A DNA stretch of 34,821 nt, taken from positions 1 to 34,821 of the forward strand of contig CALWAA010000001.1 in the NCBI GenBank assembly GCA_944372725.1. Direction: 5' to 3'. The translations under genes were made by a program, and so were the position numbers. The notes below the pieces were generated by a model. That model saw only the letters and a program-made list of their open reading frames with translations. It had not been told where the DNA came from and did no database searches. Below, one piece after another: positions 1 through 8,469 of this stretch (the first letter of the stretch is position 1; every line of letters begins with the position of its first letter). The stretch is from an uncultured Bacilli bacterium. GTDB taxonomy: Bacteria; Bacillota_I; Bacilli_A; RF39; UBA660.

Positions 1-2847
1 CGTCCACTTAAGAGTTTATCTAGCATGCTTAAAGGTAAACAAGGACGTTTCCGTCAAAATCTTTTGGGTAAGAGAGTAGACTATTCTGGACGTAGTGTTA
101 TCGTTGTTGGACCAAACCTTAAAATGTATCAATGTGGTATTCCAAAGGAAATGGCTCTTGAACTATTTAAACCTCATGTTATTCATGGACTTGTAGAAGC
201 AGGTCTTGCTCATAACATTAAAGGTGCTAAAAAATTAATTGATACAAGAGATGAATGTGTATGGGATATTGTTGAAGATGTTATTACGGAACATCCAGTA
301 TTACTTAACCGTGCCCCAACTCTTCACAGACTTGGTATTCAAGCTTTTGAACCAAAACTTGTTGGTGGTAAAGCCATTCGTTTGCACCCACTTGTTTGTA
401 CGGGATTTAATGCCGATTTCGATGGTGACCAAATGGCCGTTCATATTCCTCTTTCTGAGGAAGCAAAAGCTGAAGCGAGAATTCTTATGTTATCTGCAAG
501 TAACATTCTAAATCCTAAAGATGGAAAACCAATTGTTACACCAAGCCAAGATATGGTTTTAGGAAATTGTTATTTAACGATTGAAAAAGAGGGCGAAGAA
601 AACGAAGCGAAAGTTTATAAAAATCCAAATGAAGCTTTAATGGCTTATGAACGTCGTGAAATAACCCTTCATACAAGAATAGTTCTTCCTGTAAAATCAT
701 TTAAATATAAATTATTTACGGAAGAACAACAAGATAAATATTTAGTTACAACGGTTGGTAAGATTATATTCAATGAAATTTTACCAGATTCATTCCCTTA
801 TATTAATGAAGGAACAAAAGAAAACATCGAAGGTATTACCCCAAGTAAGTACTTTATTCCAATGGGTTCTAATATTCCGGAGGAAGTTAAGAAAATCGAA
901 ATGCCTAAACCTTTTGTTAAGAAAACCCTTGAATGGATTATTGCCCAAGTATTTAAAAGATATAAAACAACAGAAACTAGTATCATGCTTGATAAATTAA
1001 AAGATTTAGGATTTAAATATTCAACTGTTGCTGGTATTACCGTATCCGTTGCGGATATTAAAAGAAGTGAGAAAAAACCAGAAATTATAGCTAAAGCGAA
1101 AGAAAAAGTTGAAAAAGTAAATAAACAATTTAAACGTGGTTTAATTACTGATGCTGAACGTTATAATAGTGTTATTGAAATTTGGACAGAAGCAAATGAT
1201 GAAGTGAAAAAGGAATTACAAGAAATTTCTAAAGATGATTTTGATAATCCAATTTTCATGATGATGAACTCTAATGCTCGTGGTTCTATTTCTAACTTTA
1301 CCCAACTTGCTGGTATGCGTGGGTTAATGGCAAAACCAGATGGTTCAACTGTTGAAATTCCGATTACTTCATGTTTTATTGAAGGACTTGACGTATCTGA
1401 ATTCTTCTTATCAACTCATGGTTCTCGTAAAGGGTCTGCTGATACGGCTCTACGTACCGCTGACTCTGGATATTTAACAAGACGTTTAGTAGATGTTGCG
1501 CAAGATATCATTGTGAAAGAATTTGATTGTGGAGCTATCGCTGGTGTTGAAGTTTATGATTTAGTCAATGATAAAGATGGTTCTGTTATTGAATCATTAC
1601 AAGAACGTATTTTAGGCAGATATACAGCGAAGAAAGTAATTCATCCGGAAACCAAAGAAATGATTGTAGATAAAGATGAATTAATTACCGAAAATATAGC
1701 AGCTAAAATTGCCAAAGCTGGTGTTAAGAAGGTTGAAATTAGAAGTGTTCTAACTTGTCGTACGCAAAATGGTGTATGTCAAAAATGTTATGGACGTAAC
1801 CTTGCAACAGGTAACCTTGTAGAAACAGGGGAAGCTGTTGGTATTATGGCAGCTCAATCTATTGGTGAACCTGGTACCCAACTTACTATGCGTACTTTCC
1901 ATACCGGAGGTGTTGCTGGAGGCGATGATATCACTCAAGGTCTTCCTCGTGTTGAAGAATTATTTGAAGCTCGTACTCCTAAGTATAAAGCAACCATTTC
2001 GGAAATTAATGGTAAAGTTATATCAATTGAAGAACAAAATGGTAAACATAAAGTTGTGGTAGAAAATGAAGCAGGTATCAGAGAACACATTACAAACTAC
2101 AATACTAAATTACGTGTTGAAGTAGGCGATATGGTTCAAGCTGGTGAAAAATTAACTGAAGGTTCTATTGCGCCAAAAGAATTGCTTGCTGTTACTGACC
2201 CACTTACTGCTCAAGAATATATCTTAAAAGAAATTCAATCTGTATACAAACTTCAAGGTGTTGATATTAACGATAAACACATTGAAATTATTGTTAAGAG
2301 AATGATTAATAAAGTTCGGGTTGTCGATGCTGGTGATACGGACTTTGTAGAAGGCTTAACAGTTTCTCTAAGAGAATTTACGGAAGGGAATAAACCAGTT
2401 ATCTTACGTGGTGGCGTTCCTGCAACCGGTCGACCTATTATGCTAGGTATTACGAAATCTTCTTTAGAGACGGATAGTTACTTATCGGCTGCTTCCTTCC
2501 AAGAAACTACAAGAGTACTTACTGATGCGGCTATTCGTGGTAAAGTAGATTACTTACGTGGCTTGAAAGAAAATGTTATTATTGGTAAACTTATTCCAGC
2601 TGGAACAGGTGCGAAAGAATATAGTGACATTGATATTTATCTTGAAAAAGAATTTATGGAAGATGATGCTTCTGAGTTCTTAGAAGATAAATTAATGGAA
2701 GATGACGAAGATAGTGATTTAAAACTTGATGATGATTCAGCAATGAATGAAGAAGTATCAAGTGAGGTTAACTTTGATGAGGATGCCGATACAGTAGAAG
2801 AAACAGAGGAAGCTATAGCAAACGAAGAAGAAAGCAAAGAAGAATAA
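1..2847 (+). CDS. rpoC: DNA-directed RNA polymerase subunit beta' (C-terminal part; 5' end lies upstream of the window)
   Basis: The frame is open from nt 1 ([38 protein letters not shown]). It contains the catalytic [12 protein letters not shown] motif and trigger-loop/bridge-helix-like segments ([16 protein letters not shown]). It ends at TAA 2845-2847 after a long acidic tail. Confidence 0.97.
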   Translation, partial: RPLKSLSSMLKGKQGRFRQNLLGKRVDYSGRSVIVVGPNLKMYQCGIPKEMALELFKPHVIHGLVEAGLAHNIKGAKKLIDTRDECVWDIVEDVITEHPVLLNRAPTLHRLGIQAFEPKLVGGKAIRLHPLVCTGFNADFDGDQMAVHIPLSEEAKAEARILMLSASNILNPKDGKPIVTPSQDMVLGNCYLTIEKEGEENEAKVYKNPNEALMAYERREITLHTRIVLPVKSFKYKLFTEEQQDKYLVTTVGKIIFNEILPDSFPYINEGTKENIEGITPSKYFIPMGSNIPEEVKKIEMPKPFVKKTLEWIIAQVFKRYKTTETSIMLDKLKDLGFKYSTVAGITVSVADIKRSEKKPEIIAKAKEKVEKVNKQFKRGLITDAERYNSVIEIWTEANDEVKKELQEISKDDFDNPIFMMMNSNARGSISNFTQLAGMRGLMAKPDGSTVEIPITSCFIEGLDVSEFFLSTHGSRKGSADTALRTADSGYLTRRLVDVAQDIIVKEFDCGAIAGVEVYDLVNDKDGSVIESLQERILGRYTAKKVIHPETKEMIVDKDELITENIAAKIAKAGVKKVEIRSVLTCRTQNGVCQKCYGRNLATGNLVETGEAVGIMAAQSIGEPGTQLTMRTFHTGGVAGGDDITQGLPRVEELFEARTPKYKATISEINGKVISIEEQNGKHKVVVENEAGIREHITNYNTKLRVEVGDMVQAGEKLTEGSIAPKELLAVTDPLTAQEYILKEIQSVYKLQGVDINDKHIEIIVKRMINKVRVVDAGDTDFVEGLTVSLREFTEGNKPVILRGGVPATGRPIMLGITKSSLETDSYLSAASFQETTRVLTDAAIRGKVDYLRGLKENVIIGKLIPAGTGAKEYSDIDIYLEKEFMEDDASEFLEDKLMEDDEDSDLKLDDDSAMNEEVSSEVNFDEDADTVEETEEAIANEEESKEE

Positions 2848-2861
2848 TGCTTTCTTTTTTC
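2829..2861 (+). terminator. Rho-independent terminator of rpoC
   Basis: AGAAAGCA (2829-2836) pairs with TGCTTTCT (2848-2855) as an 8-bp stem with an 11-nt loop containing the stop codon, followed by TTTTT. Confidence 0.6.
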
Positions 2862-2889
2862 TTGCCTTTTATTTATTTTATGATATACT
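2862..2889 (+). promoter_or_regulatory. sigma-A-like promoter
   Basis: TTGCCT (2862-2867), a 16-nt spacer, then TATACT (2884-2889) preceded by TGa (extended -10). Confidence 0.5.
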
Positions 2890-2912
2890 TTTATTAGAGA
2901 GTGATGTTTATA

Positions 2913-4169
2913 ATGAAATGGGTTGGATGGATTAGTTTCTTTTTAGTTGTGATAGGTCTTGCTGTAGGTGGTTTCTTTTTAGCATCTAGTTTTAATCGTG
3001 ATACTTTTCTATTTAAAGAGGTAGAACTTCTCGATTATAATGACTACACATTAAATGATTTTGTTGAACAAGATGTTATTTGTAAGAATGAGAAATGTAC
3101 TTTTAAAGATAAAGATGTAATTTTTACGATTAGTGAAGTAAAAGAATTAGGTCCTCAAGATGTAACTTTAAAACTTGAATATGAAGGAGAAAATTTTGAG
3201 AAAACTTTTCATGTAGATGTTGTAGATAAGAAAAAACCGGAAATTATTTTAAATGAAACAGCGATTATTGTTGATTTGAATGAAAAAATAGATGTTGCTT
3301 CTTATATTACCGAGGTAAAAGATAATTATGATACTTTAAATGCTGATGATATTGAAATTGAAAATAATGTTGATTTAAAAAATCCTGGGGATTATGAAAT
3401 TGTTTATACAATTAAGGATTCTTCTGGAAATATAGGGAAATCTATTTTAAAAGTAAAAGTGAAAGGTGATAGAGAAGTTACATCTTCCAAGGATGATAAG
3501 AAAGAAGAAGTAGTAAAAGAAAAAATTGCTTTAAATTATAGTGTTAGTGGTTTATTTAGTGATAGTGGAACTTTGCTTCAAGGAAAAACACAATCTTTAG
3601 TAAATAAGGATATTGAAATTGGTTGGGATAGTACTTTTAAAGTAAAAGCAAGTATTGATGCTAAAGGTAAAGTGGGTTTAATTGTTAGTAATAAAGAAAT
3701 TACGGGGAATGAACTAGAGGCTTTTAATGGAGCTCTTCCGCAAATTGATGCAAAAGAAGTAAAAACTAATGAAACGGCTAGTTTTGAATATACTTTTAAT
3801 AAGGAAGGAACTTATTATGTTTCTGTTATTGTTTGGGATGAAGATAATCAAGTTGTTGTGAAAAAAGATTTTTGTCTTCATTTAAGTGTACCCGATGAAG
3901 TAAAAGATATGAAAATTACAACCGAAGATAAAGGCAGTTATCTAGTGATTGATTGTGATTATATAGGTGGTGGCGATAATACTTATTATTTCATAGTTGC
4001 TATTACTGATTCTGATGACCCAAAAGCTGGTAGTGAGGAAATAATTGTTACTGAAGATAATGAAATAAGACTTTATTATACGAGTGGTTATTACTATAAT
4101 TTGGCTGGTATGTTAGTAACAGAAAATGAAGATTTAGTTATGATGAAAACATTAAAAGTACAAAAGTAG
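2913..4169 (+). CDS. membrane-anchored surface protein with Ig-like (DUF5011/HYR-like) repeat region
   Basis: N-terminal TM helix (WVGWISFFLVVIGLAVGGFFLA). The segment KPEIILNETAIIVDLNEKIDVASYITEVKDNYD...PGDYEIVYTIKDSSGNIGKSILKVKV is typical of bacterial Ig-like surface domains. Alternative starts are GTG 2901 and ATG 2904. Confidence 0.75.
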   Translation: MKWVGWISFFLVVIGLAVGGFFLASSFNRDTFLFKEVELLDYNDYTLNDFVEQDVICKNEKCTFKDKDVIFTISEVKELGPQDVTLKLEYEGENFEKTFHVDVVDKKKPEIILNETAIIVDLNEKIDVASYITEVKDNYDTLNADDIEIENNVDLKNPGDYEIVYTIKDSSGNIGKSILKVKVKGDREVTSSKDDKKEEVVKEKIALNYSVSGLFSDSGTLLQGKTQSLVNKDIEIGWDSTFKVKASIDAKGKVGLIVSNKEITGNELEAFNGALPQIDAKEVKTNETASFEYTFNKEGTYYVSVIVWDEDNQVVVKKDFCLHLSVPDEVKDMKITTEDKGSYLVIDCDYIGGGDNTYYFIVAITDSDDPKAGSEEIIVTEDNEIRLYYTSGYYYNLAGMLVTENEDLVMMKTLKVQK

Positions 4170-4186
4170 AAAGTTAGGGGATTTCG

Positions 4187-5011
4187 GTGAATATATTAAC
4201 TAAATTAAAAGAAGTTGAAGAAAAGGTTGAAAAATTATATTTGTATTTAGTTCGGTTAGAAATTAGTGGGCAAAAACAAAGTAAAGAATATCGGCAAGTG
4301 ATGCAAAAGATTGATGGTTTAACTAAAGTGGAAAGTAGTCTGTTAATCGATACAAAAGATTATTATGATGATATGAAAAAAGAAATACAATTAGACTGTT
4401 TCTCTCGTTTTCCTATTCATTTAGGGTTTTCTACTGATGCTTCCACTTTAAGACTTTATTATTTACTTGAAAGCATTTGTGGAGATGCCGGGATAGAATA
4501 TGCGAATGCCCTTAATTATGATATTCACCGTGTATTATTAAAATTTTTAGAACAGATGATTGATAATCCTTATTATGAAGAGATTAGACGGGATTTAATT
4601 TATTTTAAATATGATATTATTTTTTTAGATTATAATTTAGAAAGTGATTTTTTGCTAGAAAATGATTTAACAAGAATATCACTTGAAGCTAGAGCATTAC
4701 AAGATGAAGTGCCTAGTCATAAGTATATTGAACAAGCTATTTTAGTTTGGGAAATAGAAGAAGCGATAAAGCAAATAGAATGTATTGGGGATATTAGTGA
4801 AAATACTAATAATCATTCTTTAGTAATTATAAAGATGATGCAAATATTTGCAAGAATGGCACTTTGTACTGAAAGAGAACTTAATTTTGTAATGGATGAT
4901 GTTCATTATTTAATGGAAAATAATGAAATAGATTTACAAATTAAAACAATTATGATGGAAATGGCTGAGATTTTCGAGCAAATTCAAAGTAGTTTTTACT
5001 TTTCAAGATAA
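4187..5011 (+). CDS. hypothetical cytoplasmic protein (274 aa)
   Basis: Long ORF with a GTG start 5 nt after TAGGGGA. It lies 17 nt downstream of the preceding gene, so it is probably co-transcribed. I recognise no motif. Confidence 0.7.
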   Translation: MNILTKLKEVEEKVEKLYLYLVRLEISGQKQSKEYRQVMQKIDGLTKVESSLLIDTKDYYDDMKKEIQLDCFSRFPIHLGFSTDASTLRLYYLLESICGDAGIEYANALNYDIHRVLLKFLEQMIDNPYYEEIRRDLIYFKYDIIFLDYNLESDFLLENDLTRISLEARALQDEVPSHKYIEQAILVWEIEEAIKQIECIGDISENTNNHSLVIIKMMQIFARMALCTERELNFVMDDVHYLMENNEIDLQIKTIMMEMAEIFEQIQSSFYFSR

Positions 5012-5017
5012 ATTTTC

Positions 5018-5046
5018 TTGCACAATCATAAAATATAGTATATAAT
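5018..5046 (+). promoter_or_regulatory. sigma-A-like promoter of the orf119-glyQS leader
   Basis: TTGCAC (5018-5023), a 17-nt spacer, then TATAAT (5041-5046). Confidence 0.6.
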
Positions 5047-5106
5047 TTAGTTATAAAAGTGTTGATGGAATTGGCAACTCCGGAGCTATATAAAAAAAGT
5101 AGATTT

Positions 5107-5171
5107 CTCTAGAAGAAATAAGTAACCGCTTGGGTAATTACTCGTCCCTATGTTTCTTTTAGAGTTTTTTT
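5107..5171 (+). terminator. leader-embedded intrinsic terminator (candidate attenuator) upstream of orf119-glyQS
   Basis: CTCTAGAAGAAATA (5107-5120) pairs with TGTTTCTTTTAGAG (5151-5164), giving 14 bp including two G-U/U-G wobbles that only work on the + strand. The 30-nt loop folds further (AGTA-ACC/GGT-TACT). TTTTTTT follows at 5165-5171. The RBS AGGAGG starts only 5 nt later. Confidence 0.65.
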
Positions 5172-5186
5172 AATTCAGGAGGGTTT

Positions 5187-5546
5187 ATGGGAGATGTTAG
5201 ATGTAAAATAGAAGCAATTGTTCTTTTAGAAAATCAAATAGGTTCATTATTGCAAAAACGGGAATATGCGATAAAATCCGGACAAGTTGTAGAAGTAAAT
5301 GGGCGAGTTCTTACTAATGGAGAGTATATTCGTTATCTTACCAAAGAGATGATTCAATACGAAGAAGAAAAATTAGAAGTTATCGAAGATGTTTTAATAA
5401 ACGGACCAGTAGATGAATTATATCGTATTTATGAAGATATTGCCAAAGAACCAAAAGATGAATTTAAAATGGAAAGATTGCTTACTATTTTTGATTTAAT
5501 TGAAAGAAAAGAGGCAAAAAAGGAAAGAAGGAGATCATATGAGTAA
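5187..5546 (+). CDS. hypothetical protein (119 aa), translationally coupled to glyQS
   Basis: AGGAGGG RBS 4 nt upstream of the ATG. Its 3' end overlaps the glyQS ATG (5539) by 8 nt. Charged, helical-looking sequence with no recognised motif. Confidence 0.65.
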   Translation: MGDVRCKIEAIVLLENQIGSLLQKREYAIKSGQVVEVNGRVLTNGEYIRYLTKEMIQYEEEKLEVIEDVLINGPVDELYRIYEDIAKEPKDEFKMERLLTIFDLIERKEAKKERRRSYE

Positions 5547-6918
5547 GATTACACAAGAAGAAATCGTGAATTATGCCAAACAGTATGGCTTTATTTTTCA
5601 AGGAAGTGAGATATATGGAGGTTTAGCAAATACTTGGGATTATGGACCACTCGGAAGAGAGTTAAAAGAAAATTTAAGAAGAGCTTGGTGGAAAAAGTTT
5701 GTTCAAGAAAATCCATACAATTATGGACTTGATAGTGCAATTCTTATGAATCCCGAAGTATGGGTAGCAAGCGGTCACGTAACAAACTTTAATGACCCTT
5801 TAGTAGATTGTAAAGCTTGTAAGGCTAGATTTCGAGCTGATAAATTAATCGAAGAACATACTAAGGGCAAAGAAACTGGTGATGGTTGGAGTAATGAAGA
5901 ATTAGAAAATTATCTTATTACTCATGAAATTAAATGTCCAAAGTGTGGCAAACAAGATTTTACTTCGATTCGTAAGTTTAATTTACTTTTTGAAACTCAT
6001 CAAGGAGTTACAGAAGATAGTAAATCAAAAGTATATCTAAGAGGAGAAACAGCCCAAGGAATATTTGTTAATTTCTTAAATGTTTGGAGAAGTATGAGAG
6101 CAAAAGTTCCTTTTGGTATATGTCAAACAGGTAAAAGTTTTCGTAATGAAATTACACCTGGAAACTTTATTTTTAGAACAAGAGAATTTGAACAAATGGA
6201 ACTTGAATTTTTCTGTAAGCCTGGAGAAGATTTAGATTGGTTTGGTTATTGGAAAAATTTTTGTTTAGATTTCTTGAAAACTTTAGGTATTAATAAAGAC
6301 AATTTAAGATATCGTGACCATGCCAAAGAAGAGTTATCTTTTTATAGTGTTGCAACTACTGATATTGAATATTTATTCCCAATGGGTTGGGGAGAATTAT
6401 GGGGTATCGCTGACCGTACTGATTATGATTTAGGCGTTCATATGGAACATTCTGGCGTTGATTTAAGATATTTAGACCCAGAAACAAATGAAAAATATTT
6501 ACCATATGTTATTGAACCTAGTGTGGGATTAGATAGACTTTTATATGCAGTATTAGTGGATGCTTATACCAAAGAAACACTAGACAATGGTGAAGAAAGG
6601 GAAGTACTTAAAATTCACCCAGCTTTAGCACCAACGAAAATAACAATCTTACCTTTAATTAAAAAAGTTCATGGTGATAAAGCAATGGATTTATATGGAG
6701 ATTTAGCAAAATACTTTATGTGCACGATTGATACATCTGGTTCTATTGGTAAAAGATATAGAAGAAGTGATGCAGTAGGTACACCTCTTTGTATCACAGT
6801 AGATGATGAAACAATTAATAATGATACTGTAACAGTAAGAAATAGAGATACAATGGAACAAATTACATTACCAATTAGTGATTTAAAAGATTATATTGAA
6901 GATGTAATTAAATTTTAA
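5539..6918 (+). CDS. glyQS: glycine--tRNA ligase (alpha2 homodimeric class II type)
   Basis: [40 protein letters not shown]-terminus, class II motif 2 [25 protein letters not shown], and GLDRL. GGAGA RBS before ATG 5539. The ORF-track start at 5500 is an upstream in-frame extension. Confidence 0.95.
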   Translation: MSKITQEEIVNYAKQYGFIFQGSEIYGGLANTWDYGPLGRELKENLRRAWWKKFVQENPYNYGLDSAILMNPEVWVASGHVTNFNDPLVDCKACKARFRADKLIEEHTKGKETGDGWSNEELENYLITHEIKCPKCGKQDFTSIRKFNLLFETHQGVTEDSKSKVYLRGETAQGIFVNFLNVWRSMRAKVPFGICQTGKSFRNEITPGNFIFRTREFEQMELEFFCKPGEDLDWFGYWKNFCLDFLKTLGINKDNLRYRDHAKEELSFYSVATTDIEYLFPMGWGELWGIADRTDYDLGVHMEHSGVDLRYLDPETNEKYLPYVIEPSVGLDRLLYAVLVDAYTKETLDNGEEREVLKIHPALAPTKITILPLIKKVHGDKAMDLYGDLAKYFMCTIDTSGSIGKRYRRSDAVGTPLCITVDDETINNDTVTVRNRDTMEQITLPISDLKDYIEDVIKF

Positions 6919-6919
6919 C

Positions 6920-6948
6920 TTGTATTTATTAAAAAAATAAATTATAAT
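6920..6948 (+). promoter_or_regulatory. possible sigma-A-like promoter reading into the structured element
   Basis: TTGTAT (6920-6925), a 17-nt spacer, then TATAAT (6943-6948). AT-rich context, so it may be fortuitous. Confidence 0.4.
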
Positions 6949-6955
6949 TAATTTA

Positions 6956-7197
6956 GTAGAGCATTAGGTAACTAAATGTCTACTTATTTCTTTTTGCAGA
7001 CATTAACCGTCATGTTGTTGCAAACTATGATGATGGTTGATGTCTTTTTTGGTCTAAGTCAAGATATAAGTAATTGGAGCAACTTCCTCATACTAACCAC
7101 ACAACTCTTTCTATTACTTATCAACCAAAACCCCTAAGAGTAAAGGAGGTAAGACTAATAGTAGGAATTATCTGGTAGACACCAGCCCTAATGCTCG
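6956..7197 (+). other. inverted-repeat-bounded structured element of about 240 bp (candidate ncRNA or MITE-like element)
   Basis: Perfect 10-nt terminal inverted repeat GAGCATTAGG (6959-6968) / CCTAATGCTC (7187-7196), with inner TGTCTAC (6977-6983) / GTAGACA (7175-7181). Internal hairpins at 6975-7004, 7005-7038 (with a G-U), 7083-7153 and 7172-7185. G+C is visibly higher than in the flanks. Strand is uncertain. Confidence 0.45.
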
Positions 7198-7234
7198 AGT
7201 ATTTATTATGAATGAAAGTATCAAAAAAAGCAAG

Positions 7235-7265
7235 AAAAAGCGTTCGACAGAGTTCGACGCTTTTT
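7235..7265. terminator. bidirectional Rho-independent terminator
   Basis: AAAAAGCGT-t-CGA cagagt TCG-ACGCTTTTT has an A-tract on one side and a T-tract on the other. It lies downstream of the minus-strand regulator (stop at 7302) and of the plus-strand glyQS/structured-element region. Confidence 0.7.
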
Positions 7266-7301
7266 GACATTTATGTCGAAAATATCAAAAAAACACCTTA
7301 G

Positions 7302-7757
7302 TTATTTAAGGTATTTAGGACTATCAGTTTTACCTAAAAGGTAGTCAGCAGAAATATTATATTTTTTACAAAGATAAAATATAAAGTCAACAGTAATTGA
7401 ATTTTTATTGTTTTCGTATTTACTTAATGTGCTTCGCTTACAATTTAATTTTTTTATGAATTCTTCTTGAGTTAATCCTTTTTCTTTACGAATTGCTTTT
7501 AATTTTATTCCAATATTATTATAATCAATATCTTTTTTCATGTGTTTATAGTTTGTTTGATTAGTAAATTTAAAAAAATAATCAAAAGAAATATTAAAAT
7601 AATTACAAAAATTATTTAAATGTTTAAGGGGAATTGTTTTATATTGCGTTTCGTATAAACCATATGTTTTTTTACTAATCCCTAATATATTTGCTATTTT
7701 TTCTTGTGTAATTAAATCATAAGTTCTAATTTCTTTTAGTATAGCGCCATAATTCAT
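7302..7757 (-). CDS. XRE-family transcriptional regulator with two HTH domains (paralog 1)
   Basis: Two Cro/C1-type HTH segments (ITQEKIANILGISKKTYGLYETQ and LTQEEFIKKLNCKRSTLSKYENNKN), each followed by an ISxDYxxxx tail. The likely start is ATG 7757 behind GGTGAT. The ORF-track start at 7769 is 4 codons upstream. Confidence 0.85.
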   Translation of the reverse strand: MNYGAILKEIRTYDLITQEKIANILGISKKTYGLYETQYKTIPLKHLNNFCNYFNISFDYFFKFTNQTNYKHMKKDIDYNNIGIKLKAIRKEKGLTQEEFIKKLNCKRSTLSKYENNKNSITVDFIFYLCKKYNISADYLLGKTDSPKYLK

Positions 7758-7830
7758 TATTATCACCATGCCAATTTTCTCACAAATAATTTTTTAAAAC
7801 GAAAAAGCCTTACTTTTAGAACAATTTTTC

Positions 7831-7859
7831 TTGATTAATTATTTTGGAGATGCTATAAT
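7831..7859 (+). promoter_or_regulatory. orphan plus-strand promoter (duplicate of the 8392 promoter) facing the 3' end of paralog 2
   Basis: TTGATT (7831-7836), a 17-nt spacer, then TATAAT (7854-7859). It lies in a block homologous to 8333-8425 (shared AATTTTCTCA and CGAAAAAGCCTTAC boxes). Confidence 0.45.
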
Positions 7860-7879
7860 TAATTTAGAATTGAAAATTC

Positions 7880-8320
7880 TTAACTGTTTATTTTACCTAA
7901 AAGATAATCGGCGCTTATATGATAATTTTTGCAAAGATCATATAAGAATGATGTAGAAATTAAATTTTTACCATTTTCATAATTGCTTAGTGTTGTATAA
8001 TGAGCGTTAATTTTATTAGCTAATTGTGTTAAAGTAATATTATTTTCTTTTCTAAATTTTTTTAATCGATTACTTAATGTTTTTAGATTTATGTTTTCTT
8101 TTGATTTTTCATATTGTTTTGTTGGTGATAATCCTAACATGTAATCTATGCTAACATTAAAATAATTGCACAATGCATTTAGATGTTTAAGGGGAATTAT
8201 TTTTTCTTGTGTTTCATATAACCCATAAGTTTTTTCACTAATTTTCAGATAATTTGCTATTTCTTTTTGCGTTATTAAATCATATGTTCTAAGACTTTTT
8301 AATCTTGTTCCATAATTCAT
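7880..8320 (-). CDS. XRE-family transcriptional regulator with two HTH domains (paralog 2)
   Basis: Same architecture as 7302-7757, with roughly half the residues identical by eye (MNYG..L...RTYDLITQ..IAN.L.IS.KTYGLYETQ.K.IPLKHLN..CNYFN.S.DY ... ISADYLLGK). The likely start is ATG 8320 behind GGTGG. Confidence 0.85.
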   Translation of the reverse strand: MNYGTRLKSLRTYDLITQKEIANYLKISEKTYGLYETQEKIIPLKHLNALCNYFNVSIDYMLGLSPTKQYEKSKENINLKTLSNRLKKFRKENNITLTQLANKINAHYTTLSNYENGKNLISTSFLYDLCKNYHISADYLLGKINS

Positions 8321-8391
8321 ATTTACCACCATAGTAATTTTCTCATAATAAAATAACTTTATCGAAAAAGCCTTACAATTATCACATTTTT

Positions 8392-8421
8392 ATTGACTTT
8401 TAAATTCTTATATTTTATACT
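8392..8421 (+). promoter_or_regulatory. sigma-A-like promoter for the 8470 gene, divergent from XRE paralog 2
   Basis: TTGACT (8392-8397), an 18-nt spacer, then TATACT (8416-8421). Confidence 0.55.
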
Positions 8422-8469
8422 TAATATAGTTAAGGATTTTCAATTTTATTTTAGGAGGTAGGAATAAAA

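Noticed and set aside
239-2837. Alternative-frame and antisense ORFs inside rpoC (239-511, 755-1000, 798-986, 1750-1938, 1838-2062, 2637-2837)
   Set aside because: They are fully nested in a highly conserved gene, lack RBSs, and have low-complexity or Leu/Ser/Phe-rich translations typical of off-frame reading of AT-rich coding DNA.
5050-5171. Canonical T-box riboswitch (Gly, GGC specifier) upstream of glyQS
   Set aside because: A GGC-A triplet in a hairpin loop and TGGGTAATTACTCGTCCC loosely recall T-box elements. However, the antiterminator consensus with its UGGN bulge is absent. Only about 55 nt lie between the predicted TSS and the terminator stem, too short for a Stem I with K-turn, AG bulge and distal loop. 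I kept it as an unclassified attenuator instead.
6976-7137. 53-codon ORF (MSTYFFLQTLTVMLLQTMMMVDVFFGLSQDISNWSNFLILTTQLFLLLINQNP) inside the structured element, a possible small hydrophobic toxin or peptide
   Set aside because: It has only a weak AGGT Shine-Dalgarno sequence. It uses many C-ending codons (CTC, ACC, CCC, GTC) that are atypical for this AT-rich genome. The region is better explained by nested inverted repeats. It cannot be excluded without Ribo-seq or conservation data.
7866-7879. Small hairpin AGAATT-gaa-AATTCT considered as the terminator of XRE paralog 2
   Set aside because: The stem is 6 bp of all-AT pairs with a 3-nt loop, and no U tract follows on the minus strand. It is too weak to call.
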